From an uncultured Ignavibacteriales bacterium (GTDB lineage: Bacteria > Bacteroidota > Ignavibacteria > Ignavibacteriales > Ignavibacteriaceae), in NCBI GenBank assembly GCA_963751355.1, contig CAVVVS010000077.1, positions 1-64,000 on the forward strand: a stretch of 64,000 bases of DNA, written 5' to 3'. Numbering within the stretch: position 1 is the first letter of the stretch; each line of letters opens with the position of its first letter. Positions 29,273 to 38,889 of this stretch are shown here, in pieces. The notes beneath the pieces are model-generated. The model had not been told where the DNA came from. It saw only the letters and a program-made list of their open reading frames with translations, and made no database searches. The translations under genes and the position numbers were made by a program.

Positions 29273-30182
29273 AGAAAGAATATTAGTGAGTAAAAGAACT
29301 CATATTATATTAATTTCAATATTTATATCTTTATCGACTTTTTCTACTATTTACTCACAAAAAAAAGATTTTTTCCCATTATCAGTCGGCAATGAAGTAC
29401 ATTATTCATATTTTGTAGAGTATGCATCATATAAGAGCCCTCTTTATCCAGCAGAAAGTCATGATGATTTTAGTAAAGATAGCGGAGAAGTAGCTTATAA
29501 ATTTATAGATTCAACTCTTCTAAATGATACCACAGTAGTATGGACTATCCGTGAAATTCGCGATTTATTTTCATTTCAGTGGCATCTAGATTCTTTAGGT
29601 GTGAGGGATACAGTTACTTATAAAAAAATAGATAGTGCAGAATATCCATTGTATGAATATACTTCTGGATTACATGGTTTATATGCTTATATGCTTGTAT
29701 TCAATTTTTCTGGTAAAGTATATAGATATTCTGATACTGTTGCAGACAGTATTGTTTATAATTTACAATCAGTCCCTTATACTTTTGTAAAAAACATTGG
29801 GCTAACAAAAATATTGTATTCAAACTCTTTCGTAGGTAATTTTTCCTATGAAAATTATACTAAGAAAATTACACTTATAAGAGATATTACAAATATAGAT
29901 TCAAGAAACATTAAACAATATCGCTATTACTTGCGACAAAATTATCCTAATCCGTTTAATCCAACGACTACAATTGAATATTCAATTCCCAAAACAAGTT
30001 TTGTTAGCATAGAAGTATACGACTTCTTAGGAAAGAAGGTTGCCGCATTGGTAAATGAAGTAAAAAAAGAAGGAGATTATAAAGTAAAATTTAATGCATC
30101 ATTTCTTTCAAGTGGGATATATTTCTACAGAATGCAAGCTGGAAATTTTGTTGAGACTAAAAAATTAATTTTATTGAAATAG
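29256..30182 (+). CDS. Secreted protein with a T9SS (Por) C-terminal sorting domain
   Basis: The C-terminus YPNPFNPTTTIEYSIP...GIYFYRMQAG matches the TIGR04183 CTD. N-terminal signal peptide. Confidence 0.8.
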   Translation: MLGISKERILVSKRTHIILISIFISLSTFSTIYSQKKDFFPLSVGNEVHYSYFVEYASYKSPLYPAESHDDFSKDSGEVAYKFIDSTLLNDTTVVWTIREIRDLFSFQWHLDSLGVRDTVTYKKIDSAEYPLYEYTSGLHGLYAYMLVFNFSGKVYRYSDTVADSIVYNLQSVPYTFVKNIGLTKILYSNSFVGNFSYENYTKKITLIRDITNIDSRNIKQYRYYLRQNYPNPFNPTTTIEYSIPKTSFVSIEVYDFLGKKVAALVNEVKKEGDYKVKFNASFLSSGIYFYRMQAGNFVETKKLILLK

Positions 30183-30303
30183 TATCAAATGCATAACCAT
30201 CGGCTCGTGTGCCTTGAAGCAGCTATAGACAGCGCCAAAAATTTGTATGAAAAAAGAGGGGCAATGTTTCCGGAAATGAATATATAATGATATTTTCCCC
30301 TCT

Positions 30304-30654
30304 CTAATTCATCGGTTTTATTTTACCGGTCACATCAATTAAAACCGGGTAGCCTTCCAGTGTTTTGGGAATTTTTTTCTCCAGTGCCTTTGATTTTTTT
30401 TCAACCATTACTTTAATGCATGGTTTCCCGTCGTCTGTCTCGCCCTGGTAAATACCCACAACACCGGCTATTGACATTATTTCATTTGAGTGTTTTTCAA
30501 TAACTTCTTTTATTGAAGGTTTGGTCATTGGATTTTTTTCGTTATTATTTTTTGTTGAACTGCACTGCCAAGTATTTAGAGGGAGAAATAATATGAAAAA
30601 TATTAATAGGATACTTTTTAGCTTTTTGAACAGTATAAAATAATTTTTCCCCAT
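30304..30654 (-). CDS. Free-standing paralog of the protease N-terminal pro-region (lipoprotein)
   Basis: Residues about 50-126 align with residues about 50-125 of 30734..31960 (…GVVGI.QG.TDDGKPCIKV…GKIKPM versus …GVIGTAIGLDENGKPAILV…GEIKPM). The likely start is the ATG at 30654 (MGKNYF...), not the GTG at 30684. Confidence 0.6.
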   Translation of the reverse strand: MGKNYFILFKKLKSILLIFFILFLPLNTWQCSSTKNNNEKNPMTKPSIKEVIEKHSNEIMSIAGVVGIYQGETDDGKPCIKVMVEKKSKALEKKIPKTLEGYPVLIDVTGKIKPMN

Positions 30655-30684
30655 AAAGTTTTTAACAAATTCTAAAATAAACAC

Positions 30685-30709
30685 AACCCGCCTCTATCCG
30701 AAGCGGGTT
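30685..30709 (-). terminator. Rho-independent terminator after the protease gene
   Basis: Minus-strand hairpin AACCCGC-(11 nt)-GCGGGTT followed by GTGTTTATTTT, 25 nt after the stop at 30734. Confidence 0.55.
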
Positions 30710-30733
30710 ATATAAAATGATAAATCTTATTAT

Positions 30734-31960
30734 CTATTTACCGACCATTGTAAAAGTTCCGCCCAGGTGGCTGGAATAATAATTCAAAACATCATTAATA
30801 GGATTAGCAATTGCAGCGGTTTTGCTGCCTGCGAAAAGCAAACCAACTGCTTTAGGATTTGAACTGACATTTTCAACCATCAAAGAACCTGAATCACCGG
30901 AATTTAAGAATTTACTTCCTTTATTACCCACTACAATTTGACCGGTATAAGTTTGAGTAAAAGCAGTTGAACCACCGCACTCGTCTTCGTAGGAAACACT
31001 TACGGTAGCATTCAATCCAATTACCTTGCTGGTGCTTAATCCGGTTGTTCTTCCGCTTTTTTTAACCGGTTGGTTTATATAAGCAGCTGCGGTGGATTTG
31101 GAAATTGTACCTATCTCCAATATCGAACCGGAAGCATCAACCATACCCGGTATAATCTGAGCAATACCGGCATCAACATTTACAGAACTTCTTGTACTTG
31201 CGTTTGTAAGACTTCCGCCACCGGCAATTAAATTACCAACCTCTTGTGCATTCGTCGGATCACAATTTATATCTACTAAACCCGGCTGAATGACAGGATC
31301 ACCCGCAGTTGCTACTTTATTATTTCCGCCGGGTACAATGTCGCCGTATAAAACATGAAAATTACTTAAAATATAATCATTTGTTCCATCGGTAATTAAA
31401 GAACCTAGAGTTCCGCTGCAGCAATAACCGTTTGCAGCATCATATTCCCATCCACCCGATGTTCCTAATTGAATCGGCGGAGTTTGAATTGCGGTGTGGC
31501 TTACTGCAGGACCTGTATTTCCGCCGCCGCCTTTACCGCCGCCGCCGCCCGGTTTTCCTTTAGCGAGCTGCATCGGTTTTATTTCACCCGATACATAAAC
31601 TTTTACGGGCACATTTTCGAGTTGAGTCGGGATTGGTGCAGGCTGACCTTTAGCTAATGCTTGTGCTAAAATATCGGTTTTGGTTAAAACCAGAATTGCC
31701 GGTTTACCGTTTTCATCTAAGCCGATTGCAGTACCTATTACACCCTGTTTCTGCATTAATTCCGGTGTATACTTCTTCTGTACAGGTACTAAAGCTTTAA
31801 TTTGAGGATTATTCATCGACAATACAGCCTGCTGCTCGGAACTAACCGGATTATTGCTTTTTGTTGGATTGCCGCAGCTTACCCATATAATAGTAAAAAC
31901 GGCTATCAAAAAAGATGAGATTAAAATTTTTCTATAGCGGTAAAAAAACGAATGCTTCAT
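30734..31960 (-). CDS. Secreted S1-family (alpha-lytic/streptogrisin-like) serine protease with an N-terminal pro-region and a Gly-rich linker
   Basis: Lipobox VSCGN. Catalytic-triad-like motifs ILSNFHVL (His), GDSGS (Ser) and CCSGTLG. Poly-Gly linker (GKPGGGGGKGGGGN). Confidence 0.6.
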   Translation of the reverse strand: MKHSFFYRYRKILISSFLIAVFTIIWVSCGNPTKSNNPVSSEQQAVLSMNNPQIKALVPVQKKYTPELMQKQGVIGTAIGLDENGKPAILVLTKTDILAQALAKGQPAPIPTQLENVPVKVYVSGEIKPMQLAKGKPGGGGGKGGGGNTGPAVSHTAIQTPPIQLGTSGGWEYDAANGYCCSGTLGSLITDGTNDYILSNFHVLYGDIVPGGNNKVATAGDPVIQPGLVDINCDPTNAQEVGNLIAGGGSLTNASTRSSVNVDAGIAQIIPGMVDASGSILEIGTISKSTAAAYINQPVKKSGRTTGLSTSKVIGLNATVSVSYEDECGGSTAFTQTYTGQIVVGNKGSKFLNSGDSGSLMVENVSSNPKAVGLLFAGSKTAAIANPINDVLNYYSSHLGGTFTMVGK

Positions 31961-32223
31961 ATGTAGCCCCCGGAAAATTAGTTGATAAATTTTACAATTG
32001 TGTAGAATGAATAATAATTGTTCGATATTATTGAATTTTTTTTATTAAAGCAAGCATTTTATTTACTGGAGTGACGTGCATAATAATAGATGAGTTTTAA
32101 AAACTCTGCAGAAAAACTTTTACTTTCCGGGCGGCGGTTAATTTATAACAAAAATAATTATAAGAATTGTTTCAGAATTGATAGAATTTTTACATACCGG
32201 CATTTTTAAAGAGTTAATATATG

Positions 32224-32478
32224 CTTTAAAAATTCTCACTTTTTATTTGCTATAATCAATTAAAAAATATAGTTTTATAAATGTTTTGTATAATTGGGGT
32301 ACGCCTATATGATTTTTGCATGTCGATATTTCTAATTATGCTTTAAGCCCAAAATTCCCGACAGCTGAGTTTAGTGCTGAAGCAATTTAGAATTTTTCTT
32401 GTTTGAGAAATATTTCTTCTATATAAGGAATGATTTTAAAGGTAATTGAGAACTTAATACTATGTTATGTTTACTAAA
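32224..32478 (+). repeat. Direct repeat copy 2, located immediately upstream of 32491..34410
   Basis: See copy 1. It lacks the 47-bp segment and retains a vestigial ATGTTA start. Confidence 0.85.
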
Positions 32479-32490
32479 AGGTAACAGAAT

Positions 32491-34410
32491 ATGAAAAGAT
32501 TATTTTCTCCACCATATGAAGAATTAGAAAATCTGAGAACTAAGTTAGAACCTGGTGAAAAGGCTGTCATTAAATTTTTTCATAAACACTTACCTGATTC
32601 TTGGGAAATATATATCCAGCCCCATCTAAACGGATTACGTCCTGACTTAGTATTATTGAACCCTAAAATTGGTATTGCAGTATATGAAATAAAAGACTGG
32701 GATTTAAACTCTCTTAACTATTATATCAAAGAAAAAGATGATACTGCTCCAGAACTCTGGGCATCAAAAAATGGGAAACACTTCTCATTACAGAAAGAAA
32801 ATCCTATTGAAAAAATATTCAGATACAAACAAGAAATATTCGATTTATATTGTCCAAGGATTGATAACAAGGCTGGATATGCAGTAATAACAGCGGGTGT
32901 AATTTTTCCGTTTGCTGATGAAAAGAAGTTAAAAGGACTTTTTAATCTTTCTCGAGCCTACAGAAAAATGGATAAATTTGAAAATTATTATCCTTTGATA
33001 GGTCAACAAACTTTTGATGGAAATAATATTAAATCGGTTTTTTCTGCTTCTACATATTCATCCTCTAAATATATGAACATTAATCTGGCAAAAGATTTAA
33101 GAAATTGGCTCATTGAACCTGATTTTGCAGCAACACAAAGGATATCGGTTGAAAATGATTTAGATAAAGAACAAAGGAAATATGTAGTTGGAAATGATGC
33201 AAGAACTAAATCTGGTTTCAGACGAATTAAAGGACCTGCTGGCTCCGGAAAATCACTAGTACTAGGAGCTAGAGCATCTCAACTAATTTCAGAAGGTAAA
33301 AAGGTGCTTGTTGTAACCTTCAATATTACTTTGCTACATTATTTAATGGACATAGCAGTTCGCTACCCACACGGTAGTGCAAACACTCGTGAGGATATAA
33401 CTTGGTTAAATTTTCATTTCTTATGTAAAAGAATTTGCTTGGAAAGTGGTTTTGAAAAAGAATATAAAGAACTTTGGAAAAACAATTTTGATTTAGAAGA
33501 TGTATTTCTTGACCCTAGTTTTTCAAGTGATAATTTTACAAATAATACCTTGACAAATGAATTGCCTGTATTAGTTGACAGAATATTATCTAATCATCCT
33601 AACAATTTTTTGAATAAATATGACGCTATCCTTGTAGATGAGGGACAAGACTTTTTACCTCATTGGTGGGCAATTCTTCGAAAACTTTGTAAAACTGATG
33701 GTGAAAAGTTACTTGTAGCCGATTCAACACAAGATATTTATGGAACAGCAAAATCCTGGACGGATCAAGCAATGGATGGGGCTGGATTTCGTGGTGGTTT
33801 TGCTGAATTGAAAATAAGTTATAGAATGCCTCCTAAATTAATATTACTAGCAAGGGATTTTGCAGAAAAATTTCTTCCTAAAGATTCTATTGATTTGCCA
33901 TTAGCACCACAAATTGAATTGGAACTATACCCTTGCAAACTTAAGTGGATTCAAACAACAAAAGAATTGTCTGAAGAAATTTGCAAAGAAGAAATTCTAA
34001 AAATGGCACAATCGGCTGATCCTATTTTATTATCGATACCCGATATTACTTTTTTGACAAACAGTTTAACATTTGGGAAAAAGGTTTCAGAAAAATTAGA
34101 AAAATATAATGTGAATGTATTGCACACTTTTGGTGATGATAGCCAAGATACTAGAAGAAGAAAAATAGGTTTTTATATGGGTGATGCAAAAATCAAAGCT
34201 ACTACTCTTCATAGTTTTAAAGGTTGGGAAAGTAGAGCCATTGTTATTTATTTGGGTCACAAGTATGACATTAAATCTATGTTTCTTGCTTATACTGGTA
34301 TGACAAGATTAAAGAGACATTTAGAATCAAGTTTTTTAACTATAGTCTGTGCAATACCTGAATTAAAATCTTATGGAAATTTGTGGGATGAATTTGAAAT
34401 ACGAACGTAA
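32491..34410 (+). CDS. NERD-domain nuclease fused to a UvrD/SF1-like helicase-ATPase (standalone)
   Basis: N-terminal NERD (KAVIKFFHKHL...YIQPHLNGLRPDLVLLNPKIGIAVYEIKDW). Walker A (GPAGSGKS), Walker B (ILVDEGQDF) and UvrD_C-like (TLHSFKGWE). Confidence 0.7.
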   Translation: MKRLFSPPYEELENLRTKLEPGEKAVIKFFHKHLPDSWEIYIQPHLNGLRPDLVLLNPKIGIAVYEIKDWDLNSLNYYIKEKDDTAPELWASKNGKHFSLQKENPIEKIFRYKQEIFDLYCPRIDNKAGYAVITAGVIFPFADEKKLKGLFNLSRAYRKMDKFENYYPLIGQQTFDGNNIKSVFSASTYSSSKYMNINLAKDLRNWLIEPDFAATQRISVENDLDKEQRKYVVGNDARTKSGFRRIKGPAGSGKSLVLGARASQLISEGKKVLVVTFNITLLHYLMDIAVRYPHGSANTREDITWLNFHFLCKRICLESGFEKEYKELWKNNFDLEDVFLDPSFSSDNFTNNTLTNELPVLVDRILSNHPNNFLNKYDAILVDEGQDFLPHWWAILRKLCKTDGEKLLVADSTQDIYGTAKSWTDQAMDGAGFRGGFAELKISYRMPPKLILLARDFAEKFLPKDSIDLPLAPQIELELYPCKLKWIQTTKELSEEICKEEILKMAQSADPILLSIPDITFLTNSLTFGKKVSEKLEKYNVNVLHTFGDDSQDTRRRKIGFYMGDAKIKATTLHSFKGWESRAIVIYLGHKYDIKSMFLAYTGMTRLKRHLESSFLTIVCAIPELKSYGNLWDEFEIRT

Positions 34411-34633
34411 ACATAATAACCGGCTCAACCAACCGCACTTTCGAGCTCGGCGAATTTAGGGGGTGAGATAAGCCAAATAAAAATTGCACTAAGTTATATA
34501 TTTATTATTTAGAAATGGCAATGATATTAATTACTAGAATACCACCTAAATTTTTAGATTAGTCATTCTGTTAATAAATAAAATTAATTCATTTTTCAAT
34601 TTCCGAAATAAAATTATAAAAATAGGGGTAATC

Positions 34634-35185
34634 ATGAATCCAATAAACAAAATTTTTATTGCTTTGTATTTATTTTTGACTCTTGTTCCAATATTGCCGA
34701 CTAACGGAATTAGCTATGCACAAGAAGTAAAATCATCAACCGCAGAACGTGACACGCTATTATCTGTTGCCCGGCAGTATATTCATAATGTAAGATTTTG
34801 TGCATTGATCACTATCGATAGTTCCGGGTATCCTCATGCAAGAACAATGGATCCATTTCAGCCGGATGAAAACATGATCGTTTGGTTTGGTACAAATCGC
34901 AATAGCAGAAAAGTAAAGGAAATCCGAAATAATCCAAATGTAACTCTTTATTATACGGGCAATAAAGGAGAAGGCTATGTGTCAATCATTGGTACTGCCG
35001 GTCTAGTTGATGATCCAAAGATAAAAGATAGTCTATGGAAAGATGAATGGGCGAAGCTTTACAAGGATCAAAAACAAAACTATCTTCTTATTAAAGTAGT
35101 TCCTAAGAAACTTGAGATACTTAATTTAAGGCATGGTATCGCAGGTAATAAAGAAACATGGGAAACACCGTTTGTTAGTTTTTAA
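34634..35185 (+). CDS. Pyridoxamine 5'-phosphate oxidase-like FMN-binding split-barrel protein (GSP26-like) with a signal peptide
   Basis: FCALITIDSSGYPHARTMDPF...IVWFGTNRNSRKVKEIRNNPNVTLYY. Confidence 0.6.
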   Translation: MNPINKIFIALYLFLTLVPILPTNGISYAQEVKSSTAERDTLLSVARQYIHNVRFCALITIDSSGYPHARTMDPFQPDENMIVWFGTNRNSRKVKEIRNNPNVTLYYTGNKGEGYVSIIGTAGLVDDPKIKDSLWKDEWAKLYKDQKQNYLLIKVVPKKLEILNLRHGIAGNKETWETPFVSF

Positions 35186-35320
35186 ATATGAATATCCGCG
35201 AAAAATTATTTTAAGTTTCGTTTATAATTTTTTGTAATAATTATTTAATCGTCAGTTGCACATCATCTTAAACGAAATATTGTTGGACACTCAAAAATTA
35301 AGCAAATAACAGCATAAATT

Positions 35321-36052
35321 ATGGAATGGTTTAAAGACCTGTATGATGATTTTAGGATGAGCAACGGCTTCGGTGGCATCTCCGGTGAAGAGACACGGAA
35401 AGATGTTGACTTCATTTGTGATGTACTTGAATTAAAGGAAGGTGCTAAAGTGCTGGATCTGTTTTGCGGAACCGGAAGGCATTCTATAGAGCTTTCAAAA
35501 AGGGGACACCTGGTAACCGGGATTGAATTAAATCCGGACTATTTGAATTTAGGAAAGAAATTAAGCAAAGGAACAGGAACTATTCCAAAATTCGTTCAAG
35601 GTGATGTCCGTTATATAAACTTTGGCGAAGGATACGATGCGGTTATAATTATGTATAACAGTTTCGGATATTTTAGCGACAGCGAAGAAAAATTAATTTT
35701 AAAGAAAATTTTTAATTCCTTGAAACCGGGAGGAAGATTGCTGATTGAAATATTAAACAGGGATTGGATATTGAAAAATTATAAAGAAATTCAGGAAACG
35801 GTTATTCAAGGTATACGGGTGGTTGAGAAACGGGAGTTTGATATTTTAACCAGCAGGAACAATTTTGTTATTAAAAGATATGAGGAAGACGGAGTTGTTA
35901 CTAAAAAAGGTTCATGGAGATTATATTCCGCCCACGAAATAAAAAATATGCTTGAAGAAATCGGGTTTATGTTTATAGATGGGTATTCAAGCCTAGAAAA
36001 AGAACCCTTGATGAAAGATACAAGGTTAATGAAACTGGTTTTCGAGAAGTGA
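35321..36052 (+). CDS. Class I SAM-dependent methyltransferase
   Basis: VLDLFCGTGRHSIELSKRGHLVTGIELNPDY. Confidence 0.7.
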   Translation: MEWFKDLYDDFRMSNGFGGISGEETRKDVDFICDVLELKEGAKVLDLFCGTGRHSIELSKRGHLVTGIELNPDYLNLGKKLSKGTGTIPKFVQGDVRYINFGEGYDAVIIMYNSFGYFSDSEEKLILKKIFNSLKPGGRLLIEILNRDWILKNYKEIQETVIQGIRVVEKREFDILTSRNNFVIKRYEEDGVVTKKGSWRLYSAHEIKNMLEEIGFMFIDGYSSLEKEPLMKDTRLMKLVFEK

Positions 36053-36086
36053 AGATGTAAACTAAATTACCATCAAAGGATTTTGT

Positions 36087-36524
36087 GTGAATCTTAAGTC
36101 TTCATCAAAGGTAGGATATATTATCGCAGTTTTGTCACTGGTAGTTCTTGTCATCAGAAGATCAATTATTGCGAATGGAACTGCCGGAATATTAGCTCAA
36201 ATCCTTGCAGTTCTGCTTATGATTTGGGCAAGATTTACTTTTGGTCGCCGCAGTTTTTATGTGTCTGCAAATCCTACAGAAGGTAAATTGATGACATCCG
36301 GTCCCTACCATTACCTCCGTCATCCCATATACGCAGCCGTATTATATTTTATTTGGGCAGGCATACTTTCTCATATTTCATTAATAAATGTACTGATTGG
36401 TTTAGCAGTAACAGCCGGATTAATAATTCGAATTTTCGCTGAAGAGCATTTGGTAGCAGAAAAATATCCGGAATATGCCGAGTATAAAATTGGTACCAAA
36501 CGGATAATCCCGTTTTTGTGGTGA
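36087..36524 (+). CDS. ICMT-family membrane methyltransferase
   Basis: SGPYHYLRHPIYAAVLYFIWAG motif. GTG start. Confidence 0.6.
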   Translation: MNLKSSSKVGYIIAVLSLVVLVIRRSIIANGTAGILAQILAVLLMIWARFTFGRRSFYVSANPTEGKLMTSGPYHYLRHPIYAAVLYFIWAGILSHISLINVLIGLAVTAGLIIRIFAEEHLVAEKYPEYAEYKIGTKRIIPFLW

Positions 36525-36875
36525 GAGTATTAATTCGTTAAAGCAATATAATCCATCCAGGTAACTTTGAGTTTAACTTGCTATAATCGTTTAAATTATA
36601 TAATTTTAACATTGCTACGATAATTCGGGAATGAAAATCTACTTTATACCTATCGACAATTTTTTTATATAATCACTTAGAATATTAAAATAATATTAAT
36701 GGCTTCCGCCGTTTATGAGTACAAAAATAATTTGTTGCATTATTGAAAAAACTCAGATCGAAATTGAATGTATCTTTAAAATTATTGTCCAACTTTTCAC
36801 TTGACAAATGTTCTGAAGTGATTCTCTCAAACAAAACTATTTATCTTTGTAACCATTCAAAGTCCAGGGGCATTT

Positions 36876-37466
36876 ATGAATCGTAATTCTGTAAAAATTG
36901 TTTTATTTATTTGCATTCTTGTCTCACCAAATATTTTTTCACAAGCTATATTCCATCCTCTTACAGGAGGTTTTGGTTATAATTACAGCTACTCAGTTTT
37001 GAGTCAGTTTGAAATGCAAACACATACATTCGATGCTTCACTCGGGCAGCAGGAGTTTTTTGTGAGTTATGCAATCGGTCAGTCGGAAAAAACAAAGATT
37101 AATGGTTATGGCATCGGATTCACTTTTTATCATATGAATCTTAAGAAAAGAATCTATCCGTCTTTCTCTGTATTGTTTGTGGGCTCTGATGGATCTTTCG
37201 GATTAGGCTTTGGTATTTCGCTCGCAGCAACTATTTTTAAAGATAAAACCATGAGCATACTGCCTCAAATAGAGGGTAGTTTGGCGATGATAAATGTAAA
37301 AAACGGAGATGTCTTGGACGGCGGTTCAGGTTCTTTCGAAGGCGGGTTAAATTTTGGTTTTAATATTAGTGAGATTACAATCTTAACGGTATCCCCATCT
37401 TTAACATTTTCTTCACCGACATCGTTCTTTACAATGTCTTTTGGTCTGATAATTACACCGCCGTAG
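36876..37466 (+). CDS. Secreted Gly-rich protein, possible outer-membrane beta-barrel
   Basis: Signal peptide and alternating amphipathic beta pattern. Confidence 0.45.
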   Translation: MNRNSVKIVLFICILVSPNIFSQAIFHPLTGGFGYNYSYSVLSQFEMQTHTFDASLGQQEFFVSYAIGQSEKTKINGYGIGFTFYHMNLKKRIYPSFSVLFVGSDGSFGLGFGISLAATIFKDKTMSILPQIEGSLAMINVKNGDVLDGGSGSFEGGLNFGFNISEITILTVSPSLTFSSPTSFFTMSFGLIITPP

Positions 37467-37714
37467 AATGAAAAGGACGTTAGAAAGTGATTCCTTTTTT
37501 TGCGATCCTTCATACTCTAAAGAAAAGAGAAGCGTAGTTAATTTTATCGTCTTCAGAGGAATATGGGAGTTCGTATAACTGAATGATATAGATGAAGCAA
37601 AGCCTGATTAATAAACCTTAAATTTCTTATGATTTCATTATTCTGATTGTAGTTCTTTATATACACAATCTCTTTACTAAACATTTTTGTAGAAAGAGAA
37701 TTCCAATCATATTT

Positions 37715-38699
37715 TTACCAGTAATGATGAACAAGCTTGCGTATTTTTCCCAAGTATAATTTTTCAACTGCATTCATTGTTCCCTCGCTGAGCGGAGGCA
37801 ATTCTGCAGATTTAATGTTTTCTTCCACTTGAGATGAGCGCTTGCCTCCGGGGATTGCACATGTAACTTCCGGAAACATCAATATCCAGCGCAATGCAAA
37901 TTGAGCCAATGTCATTCCTTCCGGTACAAGTTTTTTAAGTCCTTCGACAGCTTCGAGTCCGGTTTGATAATCAACTCCCGAAAATGTCTCACCTTTATCA
38001 AAGGCTTCACCATGCCGGTTAAATTTCCGGTGATCATCATCTGTAAAAGTTGATTGCGAAGTAAATTTTCCTGTGAGCATTCCCGAAGAAAGCGGCACTC
38101 TTGCAAGTATACCGATATCTTTGCGGGCTGCTTCTTTTAAAGAATAATTCTTTTGGTCGCTGCCGGAATATGTTAAATATGATTTGAACTGTTTTCACAT
38201 TAGGAAATTCGATTGCTTTTAATGCTTCTTCTACCTTTTGTACGCTTACACCATAGTTAAGAAGCTTACCCTGTTTTACAAGATCATCCAGGACACCGAA
38301 TGTTTCCGGCATATAATACACTTCCGTCGGCGGACAGTGAAGCTGTAGCAAATCGATTGCTTCTGTTTCTAAATTTTTAAGACTTCTTTCCACGAATGTT
38401 GTGATGTTTTCGCGATTGTAGCCTTCTGCTGTGTGTGGATCAAGTCTTCTGCCTGCTTTAGTAGCAATATAAAAATTTTCTTTTCGTTCTTTGCGCAGTT
38501 TAGCTAAAAGGCGTTCGCTTCTCCCATCGCCGTAAACATCAGCGGTATCGAAAAAATTAACACCGTGGTCAAGCGCTGCATGAAGCGCATCCATCGATTC
38601 CTTATCTGAAACATTTCCCCAGCTTCCCCCAATTGCCCAGCTTCCGAAACTGACTGCCGATACTTTCCAGCCGGTTCGCCCTAATTTACGGTATTCCAT
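37715..38699 (-). pseudogene. Aldo/keto reductase interrupted by a frameshift (two overlapping ORFs, 38037..38699 and 37715..38098)
   Basis: The N-terminal ORF carries AKR motifs (GSWAIGG, DTADVYGDGRSE, LLQLHCPP). The C-terminal ORF carries the AKR C-terminus (PLSSGMLTGKF...AQFALRWIL). The frames shift around 38100-38190. Confidence 0.6.
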
Positions 38700-38889
38700 C
38701 CTTATCTCCTTGAAGAATTCGTTGAAATGATTTTTCGATTAAAAGTTTTTAAATTCAAAATTATGCAATAGATAATAAAATTGAATCTTTTAATCAACCT
38801 TCGGAATTACTATATCTTCTGCATCTTGCTTTAATTATTGAGAATGTATAGGTTGAATGAGTGTTATTATTTTATTCGATTAATTACTT

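Noticed and set aside
30183-30303. Long-loop inverted repeat AAAGAGGGG...CCCCTCTCT between convergent genes
   Set aside because: The 35-nt loop is too large for a confident intrinsic terminator. It is noted only as a convergent intergenic region.
30655-30684. GTG-initiated N-terminal extension of the small pro-region paralog (ORF track start 30684)
   Set aside because: The internal ATG at 30654 gives a canonical signal peptide (MGKNYFILFKKLKSILLIFF...). The extension would run into the terminator hairpin at 30685-30709.
28974-32478. The direct repeats as IS or transposon termini
   Set aside because: No transposase or integrase ORF lies between or near them. The repeats are direct, not inverted, and contain a functional-looking promoter and start codon.
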